Positions 43,999 to 55,160 of a stretch of DNA of 64,000 nt are shown here, piece by piece. A model generated the notes under the pieces. It did no database searches. It saw only the letters and a list, made by a program, of their open reading frames with translations, and was not told the origin of the DNA. Both the position numbers and the translations under genes were made by a program. The number at the start of each line of letters is the position of its first letter. Position 1 is the stretch's first letter. This DNA comes from an uncultured Acidobacteriota bacterium (lineage in GTDB: Bacteria > Acidobacteriota > Terriglobia > Acidiferrales > UBA7541): positions 1,050 through 65,049 of the forward strand of contig CAWBGC010000017.1 in the NCBI GenBank assembly GCA_963788255.1, read 5' to 3'.

Positions 43999-44670
43999 TC
44001 AGTTGGCGCGGCGGCGAGAGAAAACCGTCCGCAGGACGCGGTCGGCGGCAGCGTTGAGTTCGAGTTGGAATCTCCCGGCCGCGCGGCGGGCTTGCTCCAT
44101 CAGCGAGGGATCCAACAACAGCGCCACGCGATCCACAAAGGGACCGGAGGCTCCCGCTTGCGGCCGGTGCGCCGCCGGGCGCCGGGGTTGGGACCCCGCC
44201 AGCTTTTCGTACACATCGAGGTCGCGCCAGAATTCCCGCGCGTCATCATCGGTCCAGTCCAGCGCCTGACCGAGGGCTACGAAGAACTCTTCGCGGAAGA
44301 GGTCGAGTAGAGGGATCGCGAGGTCCCAGGAAGCCTTCCTGGCCGTATTCTTTTTCTTCTTTCCACGCGCCTTCTTCCCGCGCTTTTTCGGCCGCTTTGG
44401 TTTCCGGGAGAGTCCCACGGTCACGCGCACCTTCAATCGTTTCGGAAGCGCACCTTCAATCCGCAGAACCATTGCCAGGATTGCTTCGCGGCGGATGGTC
44501 TGAAGCTGTTCGCGATAATGGGAGGGCTGGTCAGCGCGCCCGGGACGGCGGTACTCGGCAGCGTACATGTCGAGGAAGCGCGGAACCAATTCGTCGCGGT
44601 CCAGCCGCGACAACAGCACTGCCGCGGCTTCCCGCGCGCGTATGACGAGTTCTCGTGGCCGATAGGGCAT
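43999..44670 (-). CDS. Hypothetical protein with a central Lys/Arg-rich tract
   Basis: The ATG at 44670 gives MPYRPRELVIRAREAA.... The central tract is SRKPKRPKKRGKKARGKKKKNTARK. I recognise no family. Confidence 0.45.
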   Translation of the reverse strand: MPYRPRELVIRAREAAAVLLSRLDRDELVPRFLDMYAAEYRRPGRADQPSHYREQLQTIRREAILAMVLRIEGALPKRLKVRVTVGLSRKPKRPKKRGKKARGKKKKNTARKASWDLAIPLLDLFREEFFVALGQALDWTDDDAREFWRDLDVYEKLAGSQPRRPAAHRPQAGASGPFVDRVALLLDPSLMEQARRAAGRFQLELNAAADRVLRTVFSRRRAN

Positions 44671-44802
44671 CGGAGAATTTCTAGCTGTACTTGAATCCGG
44701 CGCGCGCCGCAACGGGAAACCTTGCGTTTGCTACCAAAGAAAAAGGCCCGGAAGATTTCTCCCGGGCCTCATGGCAGTTCTTGCTTCTCAAACTTCTGAG
44801 CT

Positions 44803-47223
44803 TTAGTGAACGGGTCCCACCACGGGACGGTCTTCTCCCAACTGGCCGCCCGGCGCGGGCCTCGCGGGTTTCCTCTCGAATTTGCCGAGCGCAATTTCAA
44901 GCGCCTGCTCTGCCGTGCGCACGAAGTGAACTTGCACTCCCTCGAGCATGTGTGGCGGCAGGTCTTCCTTCACGTTCGGCTCATTTTCCGAAGGCAGGAT
45001 GACCTCACGGATTCCGGCGCGTTTTGCTCCGAGCACCTTTTCCTTGATTCCTCCCACCGGCAGCACGATTCCGGAGAGCGAGATTTCTCCGGTCATTGCA
45101 ACGCGCGGCCGCACGGCACGACCCGTCAGGAGGCTGACCAGCGCCGTGACCATCGCTATGCCCGCCGAGGGGCCGTCTTTCGGAACCGCGCCCGAAGGGA
45201 CGTGGACGTGCAGATCGTGTTTGCGGAAGAAGTCCGGGTCGATGCCATAGCGGTCGGCGTTGGCTCGAACCCAGGAAAGTGCGGCGCGCATGGACTCCTG
45301 CATGACTTCGCCAAGATGGCCCGTCATGGTGAACGACTTTCCGCCCCGCATTTTGGTGGCTTCGATGAAGACGATATCGCCGCCGACGGGCGTCCACACA
45401 AGCCCCACGGAGACACCGGGCTGCTGGACGCGCTCCTCCACCTCTTTTTCGAGGTGGACCTTAGGGATGCCGAGCGCTTCACGGATCACCTCGGGCGTCA
45501 CGACGAGTTTTTCCAGCTTGCCCTCCGCCAGACGCCGCGCTTGTTTGCGCACCAGCGTGCCGATTTCCCGCTCGAGGTTCCGGACGCCTGCCTCGCGCGT
45601 GTAGTGGCGTATCAGGTCGTGCAGGGCCTCGTCCGTGAATTCGATCTGCTCGCCGAGCTTGATACCGTGTTCCTTCGTCTGGCGCTCGATGAGAAACCGC
45701 TTGGCAATGTGAATCTTCTCTTCCTCGGTGTAGCCGGGGAGTTCGATGATCTCCATGCGGTCGCGCAGCGGATCCGGGATGGGATCCAGCCAATTCGCCG
45801 TGGTGATGAACAGCACCTTGGAGAGATCAAACGGAACGTCAAGATAGTGGTCGCGAAACGTCGAGTTTTGCTCGGGGTCAAGCACTTCCATGAGCGCCGC
45901 CGCCGGATCGCCGCGGAAGTCGCGGCCGAGCTTGTCAACCTCGTCCAGCATCAAGACCGGGTCCATCGTCTCGGCACGGCGCAGACCTTGAATGATTTGT
46001 CCCGGCAATGCGCCGATGTAGGTGCGCCGATGGCCGCGGATTTCGGCTTCATCGTGCATTCCGCCGAGCGAGATGCGATGGAATTTGCGTCCCAGCGCAC
46101 GCGCGATCGATTTTCCGAGCGACGTCTTGCCCACTCCGGGGGGACCCACGAAGCAAAGGATCGGACCTTTCATCCCCGGCTGGAGCTTTTTCACCGCCAG
46201 GAAATCGAGGATGCGCTCCTTCACTTTTTCCAGGTCGTAGTGATCCTCATCGAGGATCGCCTGCGCTTTTGCGATGTTGATTTCTTCGATGCCGGAGACC
46301 TTGTTCCAGGGCAGCGAGGTCATCCATTCCAAGTACGTGCGCGAGACCATGTACTCGGCCGATGCCGGGGTCATCTTCGCCAGCCGCTTCAGCTCGCGGT
46401 CACATTCCTTTTTCGCGTCGGCGGACATTCCCGACTCTTCGACCTTCTTGCGCAGCTCTTCCACCTCCGTGGCGCTATCCTCGGATTCTCCCAGCTCCTT
46501 TTGAATCACCTTCATCTGCTCGCGGAGGAGATATTCCCGCTGGCTCTGGCTGACCTGCTCCTGCACCTGGTCGTGGATCTTGTTGCGCAGTTCGAGGACT
46601 TCTTTCTCTTTCGAGAGTTCGTTGATCAGGATTTCGAGCCTCTTCCTCACGCTGAAGGTTTCGAGCAGCTCCTGGCGGACGATCGAATTGAGCGACGGCA
46701 ACGTGGAGGCGACAAAATCGGCCAGCCGCGCCGGCGAATCCTGGTTCATGACTTCGGCTTGCAAGTCGTCGGAAAGCTGAGGGGAACGCGCCACCACTTC
46801 GCGGAACAACTCTTGAACGTTGCGCTCCAGCGCGGTTAGTTCCGTGTCGTGCTGATCTTCCAGATTGGGCTGCTCCTCGATGCGCGCGCGGAGAAATGGC
46901 TTGAACCCGACAACCTCCACGACGCGTATGCGGGCCACTCCCTCCAGGAACGCCACCACGGTTCCGTTCGGTGTGCGAACCATTTTGTGAACTTTCGCCA
47001 ACGTTCCGACGCTGTGCAAATCTGTCCCGGTGGGAACCTCTACGCGTGGATCCAACTGCGCGACGACTCCCAACATCCTGTCAGGGCCCTGGAGAGAATC
47101 CAAAAGGGCAAGGGAACTTTCGCGACCCACGGGCAGGGGCATGACTTGCCCCGGAAAAAGCACGGTGTCGCGCACGGGAAGTATAGGAAGCTCTTGTGGT
47201 TCAACTTTAAGCTGTCTAGCCAA
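44803..47223 (-). CDS. lon: ATP-dependent Lon protease
   Basis: The LON N-domain begins LPILPVRDTVLFPG. Walker A is GPPGVGKTS. The catalytic Ser context is PKDGPSAGIAM. The start is assigned to the TTG at 47223, which follows AAGGGGG. The ORF-track start is the TTG at 47250. Confidence 0.95.
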   Translation of the reverse strand: MARQLKVEPQELPILPVRDTVLFPGQVMPLPVGRESSLALLDSLQGPDRMLGVVAQLDPRVEVPTGTDLHSVGTLAKVHKMVRTPNGTVVAFLEGVARIRVVEVVGFKPFLRARIEEQPNLEDQHDTELTALERNVQELFREVVARSPQLSDDLQAEVMNQDSPARLADFVASTLPSLNSIVRQELLETFSVRKRLEILINELSKEKEVLELRNKIHDQVQEQVSQSQREYLLREQMKVIQKELGESEDSATEVEELRKKVEESGMSADAKKECDRELKRLAKMTPASAEYMVSRTYLEWMTSLPWNKVSGIEEINIAKAQAILDEDHYDLEKVKERILDFLAVKKLQPGMKGPILCFVGPPGVGKTSLGKSIARALGRKFHRISLGGMHDEAEIRGHRRTYIGALPGQIIQGLRRAETMDPVLMLDEVDKLGRDFRGDPAAALMEVLDPEQNSTFRDHYLDVPFDLSKVLFITTANWLDPIPDPLRDRMEIIELPGYTEEEKIHIAKRFLIERQTKEHGIKLGEQIEFTDEALHDLIRHYTREAGVRNLEREIGTLVRKQARRLAEGKLEKLVVTPEVIREALGIPKVHLEKEVEERVQQPGVSVGLVWTPVGGDIVFIEATKMRGGKSFTMTGHLGEVMQESMRAALSWVRANADRYGIDPDFFRKHDLHVHVPSGAVPKDGPSAGIAMVTALVSLLTGRAVRPRVAMTGEISLSGIVLPVGGIKEKVLGAKRAGIREVILPSENEPNVKEDLPPHMLEGVQVHFVRTAEQALEIALGKFERKPARPAPGGQLGEDRPVVGPVH

Positions 47224-47349
47224 ATTGACCCCCTTAGCTGGCCAGTGCAAGTGAGACCTTCAATCACCGTATCGGCTGGCTGCCCGGTTAGATGCGAGAA
47301 GGGCGCAAAAGGATTTGCAACTATTCGTACTCTACTATAAGACAACATG

Positions 47350-47378
47350 AGTATATTACACTAATATTCTGTTTTCAA
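47350..47378 (-). promoter_or_regulatory. Candidate sigma-70-type promoter for lon
   Basis: The minus strand reads TTGAAA (47378-47373), a 17-nt spacer, then TATACT (47355-47350). It lies in an AT-rich region about 125 nt upstream of the lon start. Confidence 0.3.
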
Positions 47379-47476
47379 CTTTAATTGGACTGCCCTTGTG
47401 CAATCCTGCTATACGGGTAGCGATGTTCATGCAGTCGCCTTGCCGTCATAATATTATGAAAATAAAGGCTATATTG

Positions 47477-48835
47477 CTACTTTGGGGAAGTGAAGTTCGC
47501 ACGAATCAATTCGACAGCGTCTGCGTGGGTCTTGATACTCCCCTCCAACTGGGCCTCCTCTATAGCCTCCAGCATTTGCTTGAAACCTGGGCCAGGTACG
47601 AATCCGAGGCCTTTCAAGTCGTCCCCAGTTAGCAGCCTGGGAGGGTGAATCACCTCGGGAGGGGTCTCCGCGATGAAGCGCCGAACGAGCTCATAGTTTT
47701 CGAGATTGCGATGGCTTGAAAGGCAGTCCAGCCGGTGCAGTTCCAGGTGTTCTTCGAATCGGGTCAGGCGGACGAACCGTTTCAGAGTGGAAATCTTCAT
47801 CCGCGGCACATCCTTGAAGCGCAGGTGGTTTGCCACCAGCGCGGCGATCTGCTCGGTGTCCTCGTTGGAGAAGCGCAACCTGCGGCAAATGGCCTCCGCC
47901 ATTCGCACGCCAACCTCCACATGCTGGTCGAAACGGATGCGGCCATCGGGGCCGTCCGGAGGCGTGAAGGTTGGCGGCTTCCCCACGTCATGCAGGAGAA
48001 CACCCCACGCCAGCGTCGGCGAACAGCCCGGAGAGAGCGCCTCCAGCATCAGCAAAGTATGAGCCCAAACATCGCCTTCGGGATGGAACTGAGGTGGCTG
48101 TTCCACGCCTTTCAATTGCGAAATCTCCGGCAAGACTTCCTGCAAGAGACCCGCCTCATCGAGAAGTTCAAATCCGCGGCGTGCCGCTCCCTCGGTGAGT
48201 ATCTTCGTCAATTCATCGCGGATGCGTTCCGCGGAAACCTGGCAGATATCTGGGGCCAACGTACGAATAGCCTCAAACGTGGCGGCATGAATCGCGTACC
48301 GAAAGCGCGCCGCAAAACGCACGGCTCGAAGCATGCGCAGCTTGTCCTCTCGAAACCGCTCTTCCGGCCGGCCGATGGCGCGAACGATCCCGGCTCGCAA
48401 ATCGTCTCGCCCGCCCACGAAATCCAGCACTTCGTTCGATTCGGGGTCCAGAAGAAGAGCGTTGATCGTGAAATCGCGCCGGAGAACGTCTTCTTGCGCC
48501 GTTTTCGAAAAGGCGACATGGTCCGGGTGGCGCCCGTCGGAATAGCCCAAGTCAGCGCGAAACGTGGCGACTTCCACCTGCGCGGATTCATTGGCATCGG
48601 CACCGCCGGGGAACGACTCCTGCGTAACAAGAATGACTCCGAATTGCGCGCCGACGGCGAGGCTGTGTTGGAAGAGCTGCTGCACGCGATCCGGAGTCGC
48701 ATCCGTTGCAACGTCGTAATCCGCGGGCTCGCGCCCGAGCAGAATATCGCGGGCACATCCGCCGACGAGGTAGGCTTGGTGGCCGGCCTGGCGCAACTTG
48801 CGGCAGATTCGATCGGCGAGTTGCCGCGGGTTCAT
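47477..48835 (-). CDS. cca: CCA-adding tRNA nucleotidyltransferase / poly(A) polymerase family with an HD domain
   Basis: The N-terminus has AYLVGGCARDILLGREPADYDVAT. The HD region has LLHDVGKP. Confidence 0.85.
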   Translation of the reverse strand: MNPRQLADRICRKLRQAGHQAYLVGGCARDILLGREPADYDVATDATPDRVQQLFQHSLAVGAQFGVILVTQESFPGGADANESAQVEVATFRADLGYSDGRHPDHVAFSKTAQEDVLRRDFTINALLLDPESNEVLDFVGGRDDLRAGIVRAIGRPEERFREDKLRMLRAVRFAARFRYAIHAATFEAIRTLAPDICQVSAERIRDELTKILTEGAARRGFELLDEAGLLQEVLPEISQLKGVEQPPQFHPEGDVWAHTLLMLEALSPGCSPTLAWGVLLHDVGKPPTFTPPDGPDGRIRFDQHVEVGVRMAEAICRRLRFSNEDTEQIAALVANHLRFKDVPRMKISTLKRFVRLTRFEEHLELHRLDCLSSHRNLENYELVRRFIAETPPEVIHPPRLLTGDDLKGLGFVPGPGFKQMLEAIEEAQLEGSIKTHADAVELIRANFTSPK

Positions 48836-48922
48836 ATGCGGATTATGCGGGAAAAGAGCGAGCGTGGGAAGTTGGGGGTGCGGCGAGCTATCCGGAACCG
48901 CACAACGGCTCGCGCTCTCAGG

Positions 48923-50095
48923 CTACGCGCCCACACGCAGGACAAGGCAGGTGATGTCGTCGTGCTGGCGCGCATAGCCGACGAAGGAATTGACTTCCGT
49001 CATTACGCGCTTCAGCATTTCATCCGCGCTTTCCGGTGGCGACGTTTGTATGCACGGAATCAGCCGCTTCTCTCCATATTCTTCACCATGGTCATCCACC
49101 GCTTCCACCACTCCGTCGGTGAAAATGAAGAGCAAATCGCCGGGCTGAAACTGAGCGCGGCCGGACGGAAAAGACAACTCGCTTTCCGTAAAGAGCGGCA
49201 ATCCGAGCGGCGGGCCCCCCGTAGATAACCGCTCGATGGACCCTGTAGAGCGGCGGAGGATTGGATCGTTGTGTCCCGCGTTGACGTAGCGCATTTCACG
49301 CGTTTGCGGATTGACCTCCGCCAAAAACGCCGTGGTGAATCGGCGTCCATCCAGGCTGTGCGCCCGGCAATAGCGGTCCAGGCCAATCACCAACTCCTCG
49401 AGGGTAGCGGTGGTGGCCGTCAAGGCCCGCAGGCTCGCCTGAAACGTTGCCATCAGAAGAGCCGCTGGGACGCTCTTTCCGGCCACGTCCGCGACCACTA
49501 GGAACAGCGGCTTCGCGTCCGAATCATGCGGCGGCAGAGGGCGAAGGAATGCGTCGTAATAGTCGCCCGCCACCGTGTTTTGTGGCCGTGTGGCAAAGGC
49601 GATGTCCATTCCCGAAAGGTGCGGCGGATGATCGGGGACGAGCCACTGCTGAATCTCCCGCGCAATTTCCAGATCCCGCTTCATCGTCACGCGGTCCGCG
49701 AGCTCGAGGGCTAAGAGGACAAATAATAGAAGTGCGCCGAGGCCGCCGAGCTGCATGCTGAATTCCCCGCCGCCCCAATGCACGTCGGGCTGCAGGAGCA
49801 GCAAGACGATGGCGACCAGAAGAACCACGCGCCGAGCCGGCGTGAGTTTCATGAGCAAGGCTTGAAACAACGCCGACGCGCCCAGCAAGATTCTCTTGAA
49901 TTTGCTTTTTTCGCGCCCGATCTCGTCCCAATTCACATCTTTGGAATATAGTCCGTAGCTCACCTTCGCTTCGGACAAGAATTGCCCCCAGAGCTGCTGC
50001 ATTTCGAGGCCTTCGGTGATTCGCGTCCAGAAACCTCGCAAGCGCCGGCCGGCATGATTCGCAGCTTGTTGCGCGGGATTGGGTGTAGCGGACAT
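48923..50095 (-). CDS. Membrane-anchored PP2C-type (SpoIIE domain) serine phosphatase
   Basis: Two TM helices precede IAREIQQWLVP...TVAGDYYDAF...VVADVAGKSVPAALLMA...FTDGVVEA. The ATG at 50095 is chosen. Confidence 0.8.
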   Translation of the reverse strand: MSATPNPAQQAANHAGRRLRGFWTRITEGLEMQQLWGQFLSEAKVSYGLYSKDVNWDEIGREKSKFKRILLGASALFQALLMKLTPARRVVLLVAIVLLLLQPDVHWGGGEFSMQLGGLGALLLFVLLALELADRVTMKRDLEIAREIQQWLVPDHPPHLSGMDIAFATRPQNTVAGDYYDAFLRPLPPHDSDAKPLFLVVADVAGKSVPAALLMATFQASLRALTATTATLEELVIGLDRYCRAHSLDGRRFTTAFLAEVNPQTREMRYVNAGHNDPILRRSTGSIERLSTGGPPLGLPLFTESELSFPSGRAQFQPGDLLFIFTDGVVEAVDDHGEEYGEKRLIPCIQTSPPESADEMLKRVMTEVNSFVGYARQHDDITCLVLRVGA

Positions 50096-50138
50096 TAGCA
50101 CCGAGATTATACGGCAGGTTGGCAGCTCGACGACGGCG

Positions 50139-51374
50139 TCAGTCGCGATGATCGCGCAACGGCAGCGATCCGCCAAGTTGCACCTTCGAGAACCCGAAAC
50201 GGTCGCGCAGCGAATCGGTGGCCTTGGCAAGACGTTCGAGCTTGTCCCGCCGGCCGGGATCGAGCAGTTCAAGCTGTCCGGACCCTGCTGAAAAAGAAGA
50301 AAGCGCAACGCCCACCAGCCGCATCATTGCGGCAGCATCCCAGGCTCGTGAAAATAATTCCCGGATGGCTTTCAGGAAGATCTCGTCGAGATCCGAAGGT
50401 GCGCTCAAAGTCTGACTTCGCGTGATGGTCGCGAAATTTGCGTAGCGCAACGTGAGCGTCACGGTGCGCGCATGCAGGCCTGCATCACGCAGGCGCTTGG
50501 AAGCTTTCTGGCAAAGATAACTGAGAGTGGCTTCCAGGCGAACGCGGTCGTTTGTGTCCTCGCCGAAAGTCTGATTGTGCGAGATCGACTTCGGCTCCGC
50601 GTCAACGAAAAATTCGTAGGAATCAATGCCGCGCGCCTTGCGGAACAGCGCCGTTCCCCAGCGTCCAAAGGTTTCTTCCAAGCGCTCGAGCGGAACTTCC
50701 TGCAAGCGCGCCACGGTTTCAATGCCGAGATTCTTCAGCGCCGCTTCGGTCACGCGGCCGATTCCGGGTATTCGTCGGACGCTGAGCGGGGCCAGAAAAG
50801 CCGATTCGCTTCCCGGTGCAACCCAAACGAGCCCGCGCGGTTTCGCCTGCTCGCTTGCCACCTTCGCGATCAGCCTCGTCGTGCCGAGGCCTCCCGAACA
50901 AGGCAGGCTTGTATTCGCAGTGATTTCGCGCAGCAGATTGTGCGCGGCGGCAAACGGAGGGCCATGCAAGCGCTCCGTACCGGCCAGATCGAGATACGCT
51001 TCATCAATCGAAGCCATCTCGACGATGGGAGAATACTTCGCCAAGATGGAAGCCACGCGGTCGCTCCAATGTCCGTAAAGCTCGTGATGGCCATCGAGGA
51101 ACACCGCCTGCGGGCACAATTTTGCCGCAGTCCGCAGCGGCATCGCTGAATGAATCCCGTAGCGCCGCGCTTCGTAGCTTGCCGAAGAAACCACGCCGCG
51201 CTGGTCGCGTTGCCCGCCCACGACCACGGGCAACCCTTTGAGGTCCGGCCGCGCCAGCAGCTCGACGGAAACAAAGAACGCGTCCATGTCGACGTGAAGG
51301 ATCGAAGCGGTGGAATTTTCGATGGCGTCCACCGTGGGGTCGCGCTTGGCGCGGAACTGGGCCAGCTTGGGCAT
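50139..51374 (-). CDS. dinB: DNA polymerase IV (Y-family)
   Basis: ILHVDMDAFFVSVE ... ASIDEAYLDL ... the little-finger region are present. Length is 411 aa. Confidence 0.9.
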   Translation of the reverse strand: MPKLAQFRAKRDPTVDAIENSTASILHVDMDAFFVSVELLARPDLKGLPVVVGGQRDQRGVVSSASYEARRYGIHSAMPLRTAAKLCPQAVFLDGHHELYGHWSDRVASILAKYSPIVEMASIDEAYLDLAGTERLHGPPFAAAHNLLREITANTSLPCSGGLGTTRLIAKVASEQAKPRGLVWVAPGSESAFLAPLSVRRIPGIGRVTEAALKNLGIETVARLQEVPLERLEETFGRWGTALFRKARGIDSYEFFVDAEPKSISHNQTFGEDTNDRVRLEATLSYLCQKASKRLRDAGLHARTVTLTLRYANFATITRSQTLSAPSDLDEIFLKAIRELFSRAWDAAAMMRLVGVALSSFSAGSGQLELLDPGRRDKLERLAKATDSLRDRFGFSKVQLGGSLPLRDHRD

Positions 51375-51569
51375 CGGGATTTGCCGTCAACTATACAACG
51401 AGAGCGTCCGTGGTTTGGAATCGCGAGCCATCGCAAAATCGTTCGATTCGCTCCGGTTCGCCAGTTGCGCTTAGACCGCAGCAATCCCCGTGGCCCATAG
51501 CAAGGCCGAATATGGCCTCGCTGCTTCTTGTAGGACTGATTTTGATTGATTGTTGGTTGCCGGGAGCTG

Positions 51570-52094
51570 CTAGCTAGTCCCGAGGTACATCACGTGAACG
51601 TAAGTACCGAGCCTCACGTTATAGGCGAGGTACCAGCCGACGTGATCCGGGTCCTCATAGATCACGATCTGATCGGAGTCCCAGAGCCAGTCGCTGCAGA
51701 AACCCACGTCGAAGTCGGCGACGTTGAAGAAGAAACCGCCGAACCAGAAACGGCTCGGGCCGCCTCCCACAAGTCTCCAGACATGGCCGCGGCCAAATCC
51801 GCCCGTGAAACGTCCATGTTCCCAAGGGTGGTCCAGATGGTAGTGGGGATCGTTCGGGCCGGTATCATGTCCGATCCATTTGCCATTCGAATGAACGTGA
51901 GGGACGTTGGGGTGTCCGGCCTTGTCGCTGAAGTTGCGGGGTTCCGCGGGAGGTTTTTTCGTAGCTCGAACGGGAGCAGGTCCATGAGCGGGAATTTTTC
52001 CGCCAACATCATGGGCGCTCTCGTGCTTTGCCTGTGCCGATGCCGGAAATGCAAAAAGCAAAAGCCCGACAGCGAGTCCGAAGAGCTTTTTCAT
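51570..52094 (-). CDS. Secreted His-rich hypothetical protein
   Basis: The signal peptide is [22 protein letters not shown]. The mature part carries many His residues ([17 protein letters not shown]...[13 protein letters not shown]). Confidence 0.6.
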   Translation of the reverse strand: MKKLFGLAVGLLLFAFPASAQAKHESAHDVGGKIPAHGPAPVRATKKPPAEPRNFSDKAGHPNVPHVHSNGKWIGHDTGPNDPHYHLDHPWEHGRFTGGFGRGHVWRLVGGGPSRFWFGGFFFNVADFDVGFCSDWLWDSDQIVIYEDPDHVGWYLAYNVRLGTYVHVMYLGTS

Positions 52095-52262
52095 GGCAGC
52101 CTCCGCGCATAATCTAGCACATACACGTGACTTTTTCGCCGGACGGGTTTTGGTATGAAATTGTGTGGCCGAGCCTCAGGGGCCCTTCGCCAGATATTCA
52201 TGGAGCGCGTTGTGGGCGGGCATTTGCTCGGAAGAAAGCCGCGGAGCGCTCGACAGTTCGGG

Positions 52263-53234
52263 CTATACGCGCTGGGCAGAAAGGACGCGGGGGATGCCTG
52301 CGAGGTCATTTGTGATTCTTAGGTTCGCCCAACCTGACTGCGCCAAGAAAATTTTACGGACGTATTCAGCCGAATCGTAGCCGAGCTCGAGCACTAATAT
52401 TCCGCCGGGACTGGGCTTCGCGCCATCCGATACATGACGCAACAGTGTTCCTGCCTGTTCGATCAGGCGTGCATAGATTTCAATGCCTGTGAGCCCGCCG
52501 AAAAGTGCCGCGTGCGGCTCGTGGTCCCGGACTTCGCGCGGAAGCTCGCCCGCTTCGCTCCGCGCCACGTAGGGCGGGTTGCTGACGATCAGATCGAATG
52601 GACACGCATCTTGATCCGCGGCACTTGCTGCGCGACGAACAGGTTCCAGCAAATCACCTTGGGCAAATTGAATGCGGTCCGCTACGCCATGACGCGCGGC
52701 ATTGCGGCGTGCCACCTCAAGCGCCTCTGCCGAAATATCCGTCGCGACAATTTCCGCGTGGGGCAATTCATGCGCCAGGGCCACGGCCAGGCACCCCGAG
52801 CCTGTGCCCACGTCCGCCACGCGCAGCGGCGGACTCGGCGCTCCCGTTGCGAGATCGACTTGGATTCCACGCTCGCCCAGCCGCTCAAGCGCCACCTCGA
52901 TCACGTGCTCCGTCTCCGGCCTCGGGATCAGCACGGCTGGAGCGACCTCGAATTCAAGGCCCCAGAATTCCTGCTTGCCTGTAAGGTATTGCACCGGCTC
53001 GCCGGCCGACCGGCGTGCGACAAGCACGAAGTATTTCTCGCATTCTCCCGGCCCCAGTTCGGCCTCGGGATGCGCGTAAATCCAGGTGCGATCTCGCCCC
53101 ATCGCGTGCATCAGCAAAAGCTCGGCGGCAAGCGTATGCGAGGGGACATTTGCAGCGCGCAGCCGAGCCATCCCCTCCTTCAGCGCCGCGCGGATATCGC
53201 CGGCTTGCATCGCAATTTTTTCTGTCTGCGTCAT
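52263..53234 (-). CDS. prmC: Release-factor glutamine N5-methyltransferase
   Basis: The SAM motif VADVGTGSGCLAV and the catalytic NPPY motif (IVSNPPYV) are present. It lies directly downstream of prfA. Confidence 0.9.
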   Translation of the reverse strand: MTQTEKIAMQAGDIRAALKEGMARLRAANVPSHTLAAELLLMHAMGRDRTWIYAHPEAELGPGECEKYFVLVARRSAGEPVQYLTGKQEFWGLEFEVAPAVLIPRPETEHVIEVALERLGERGIQVDLATGAPSPPLRVADVGTGSGCLAVALAHELPHAEIVATDISAEALEVARRNAARHGVADRIQFAQGDLLEPVRRAASAADQDACPFDLIVSNPPYVARSEAGELPREVRDHEPHAALFGGLTGIEIYARLIEQAGTLLRHVSDGAKPSPGGILVLELGYDSAEYVRKIFLAQSGWANLRITNDLAGIPRVLSAQRV

Positions 53235-53289
53235 TTTCAGGCTCGTTGCCGTTCCGGCCCCGGACGCTCTCGCTCCCGCGCCTTGCAAC

Positions 53290-54381
53290 TCACACCTCCA
53301 CAAGCTCCTGATTCAACCGCTCCGACTCGAAATGCGTGACCAGTGCGTCCACCAATGGCCCGAGCTTTCCTTCCATCACTTGGTCGAGCTGATGCAATGT
53401 GAAATTGATGCGGTGGTCTGTCACCCGGTTCTGGGGGAAATTGTACGTGCGGATTTTCTCGGAGCGGTCGCCCGTCTTGATCTGCCCGCGCCGCTCGGCG
53501 GCGATCGCCTCGTGCTGCTTCGACTGCTCCATCTCGTAAAGCCTTGCGCGCAGCACGCGCATGGCCTTGGCGCGATTTTTGATCTGCGATTTTTCGTCCT
53601 GCTGCGACACCACCAGCCCGCTCGGAATGTGGGTGATGCGCACCGCCGAGTACGTCGTGTTCACCGATTGTCCGCCGGGGCCGGACGAACAAAACGTGTC
53701 GATGCGCAAGTCCTTTGCCTCGATCTTGATGTCGATGTCGTCCGCTTCTGGCAGCACGGCCACGGTGGCCGCCGAAGTGTGAATGCGCCCCTGCTGCTCC
53801 GTCGCAGGAACGCGTTGCACGCGATGCACTCCGCTCTCGTATTTCAGCTTCGAATACACCTTGTTCCCCTGAATCGCCGCGACGATTTCCTTCACCCCGC
53901 CGATCGAGGAAGCCGAGCTCTCCAACACTTCCACGCGCCAGCCCTGCGATTCGGCGTAGCGCGAGTACATTCGGAAAAGCTCGCCGGCGAAAAGGGAAGC
54001 CTCGTCGCCGCCGGTTCCCGCGCGAATTTCGACGATCACGTTTTTCTCGTCGTTCGGGTCTTTGGGCACCAGCAGCAGCTTCAATTCGCGCTCCACGGTT
54101 TCGCGACGCGTTTCGAGTGTGTGCTCTTCGTCCCGCGCCATCTGTTTCATCTCGGCATCGTCCGATTCGGCCAGCAGTTGCTTCGCGCCCTGCAGCCCCT
54201 TCTCGATTTCCTTCCATTCGCGGTATTTGGCCACGATTTCGCCCAACTCGGAGTGCGCCTTTGCGAGCTTCTGGTAGCGCCCTGAATCGGCGTGCGCTTC
54301 GGGCGAGGAAAGCTGTTGCGTCATCTCTTCGTACCGCGATTCGATCTGGTTGAGTTTTTCAAAAAGCGTCAAATTCGCCAT
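53290..54381 (-). CDS. prfA: Peptide chain release factor 1
   Basis: The N-terminus is [25 protein letters not shown]. The PxT-type recognition region and the GGQ motif ([11 protein letters not shown]) are present. Confidence 0.95.
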   Translation of the reverse strand: MANLTLFEKLNQIESRYEEMTQQLSSPEAHADSGRYQKLAKAHSELGEIVAKYREWKEIEKGLQGAKQLLAESDDAEMKQMARDEEHTLETRRETVERELKLLLVPKDPNDEKNVIVEIRAGTGGDEASLFAGELFRMYSRYAESQGWRVEVLESSASSIGGVKEIVAAIQGNKVYSKLKYESGVHRVQRVPATEQQGRIHTSAATVAVLPEADDIDIKIEAKDLRIDTFCSSGPGGQSVNTTYSAVRITHIPSGLVVSQQDEKSQIKNRAKAMRVLRARLYEMEQSKQHEAIAAERRGQIKTGDRSEKIRTYNFPQNRVTDHRINFTLHQLDQVMEGKLGPLVDALVTHFESERLNQELVEV

Positions 54382-54662
54382 GGCAAAGCCTCAAAAGAGC
54401 AGAGAATCGAAAAGGGAAATCGGAAAATGGAAACAACTCGGAGGCAGCATCGCCCGGTCCGGGCGGGAGAGCAATCGCTAATAAAACGCAGCGTACATCG
54501 CGCCCATTAGAATAGCCGCAAACCTGACTAAAAGTCAAAAGGCCGCGGCCTATTCGAGAATCCACCCACCGAGACATAATTGCTACAACATACACAAAAT
54601 AATGGACAATACCTATATAACAGGTTATGATATATGACTTGCCTGAAGGAGAGCGTAAAGCC

Positions 54663-55160
54663 ATGCCCGTATCCTCAGACTCCAAAGTCAAAGTTGCCGA
54701 CGAAGTTTGGATCGCCACCGCTTTGCTCCACCGTGAGCATCCCAAGCGCGCGGATTTTCTCGTTTACGAAATCGTTGAACGCGCCGCAAAAGAATCGCTT
54801 GCCGGAAGCAATCGGCCGGGAGTGTACGTGCACGTGATTCAGCACTGCGTTGCGAACCGCGCGCCGAACCCAGGCCGCTATCGGATGTTGTTCGAAACAG
54901 CCCCTGGGAGACGGCGCTTGTTTCGCAGAGGCGATCCGTATGATCCCGCGCGCGAGGGCGCAAAGATCACACCAAATCCCCAGGACGTGCCACATGGCTA
55001 CGAGGGTCTACTGAGTTGGTACAGCGATTGGAGCAATGCGGCGACCCGCGCAACGCGGGAGAAGGATCCATTGTTGGCGATGGCTGGGTCCGGAAAGCAA
55101 CTCTGGTCCGACGAGCACGCAGATAACTACGTGCGCCGTCTGCGCGACGGTTGGCAATGA
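54663..55160 (+). CDS. Hypothetical protein, candidate atypical antitoxin for the downstream PIN toxin
   Basis: About 165 aa. Its stop (TGA at 55158-55160) overlaps the ATG (55157-55159) of the PIN gene. I recognise no DNA-binding fold. The C-terminal tail is ...GSGKQLWSDEHADNYVRRLRDGWQ. Confidence 0.5.
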   Translation: MPVSSDSKVKVADEVWIATALLHREHPKRADFLVYEIVERAAKESLAGSNRPGVYVHVIQHCVANRAPNPGRYRMLFETAPGRRRLFRRGDPYDPAREGAKITPNPQDVPHGYEGLLSWYSDWSNAATRATREKDPLLAMAGSGKQLWSDEHADNYVRRLRDGWQ

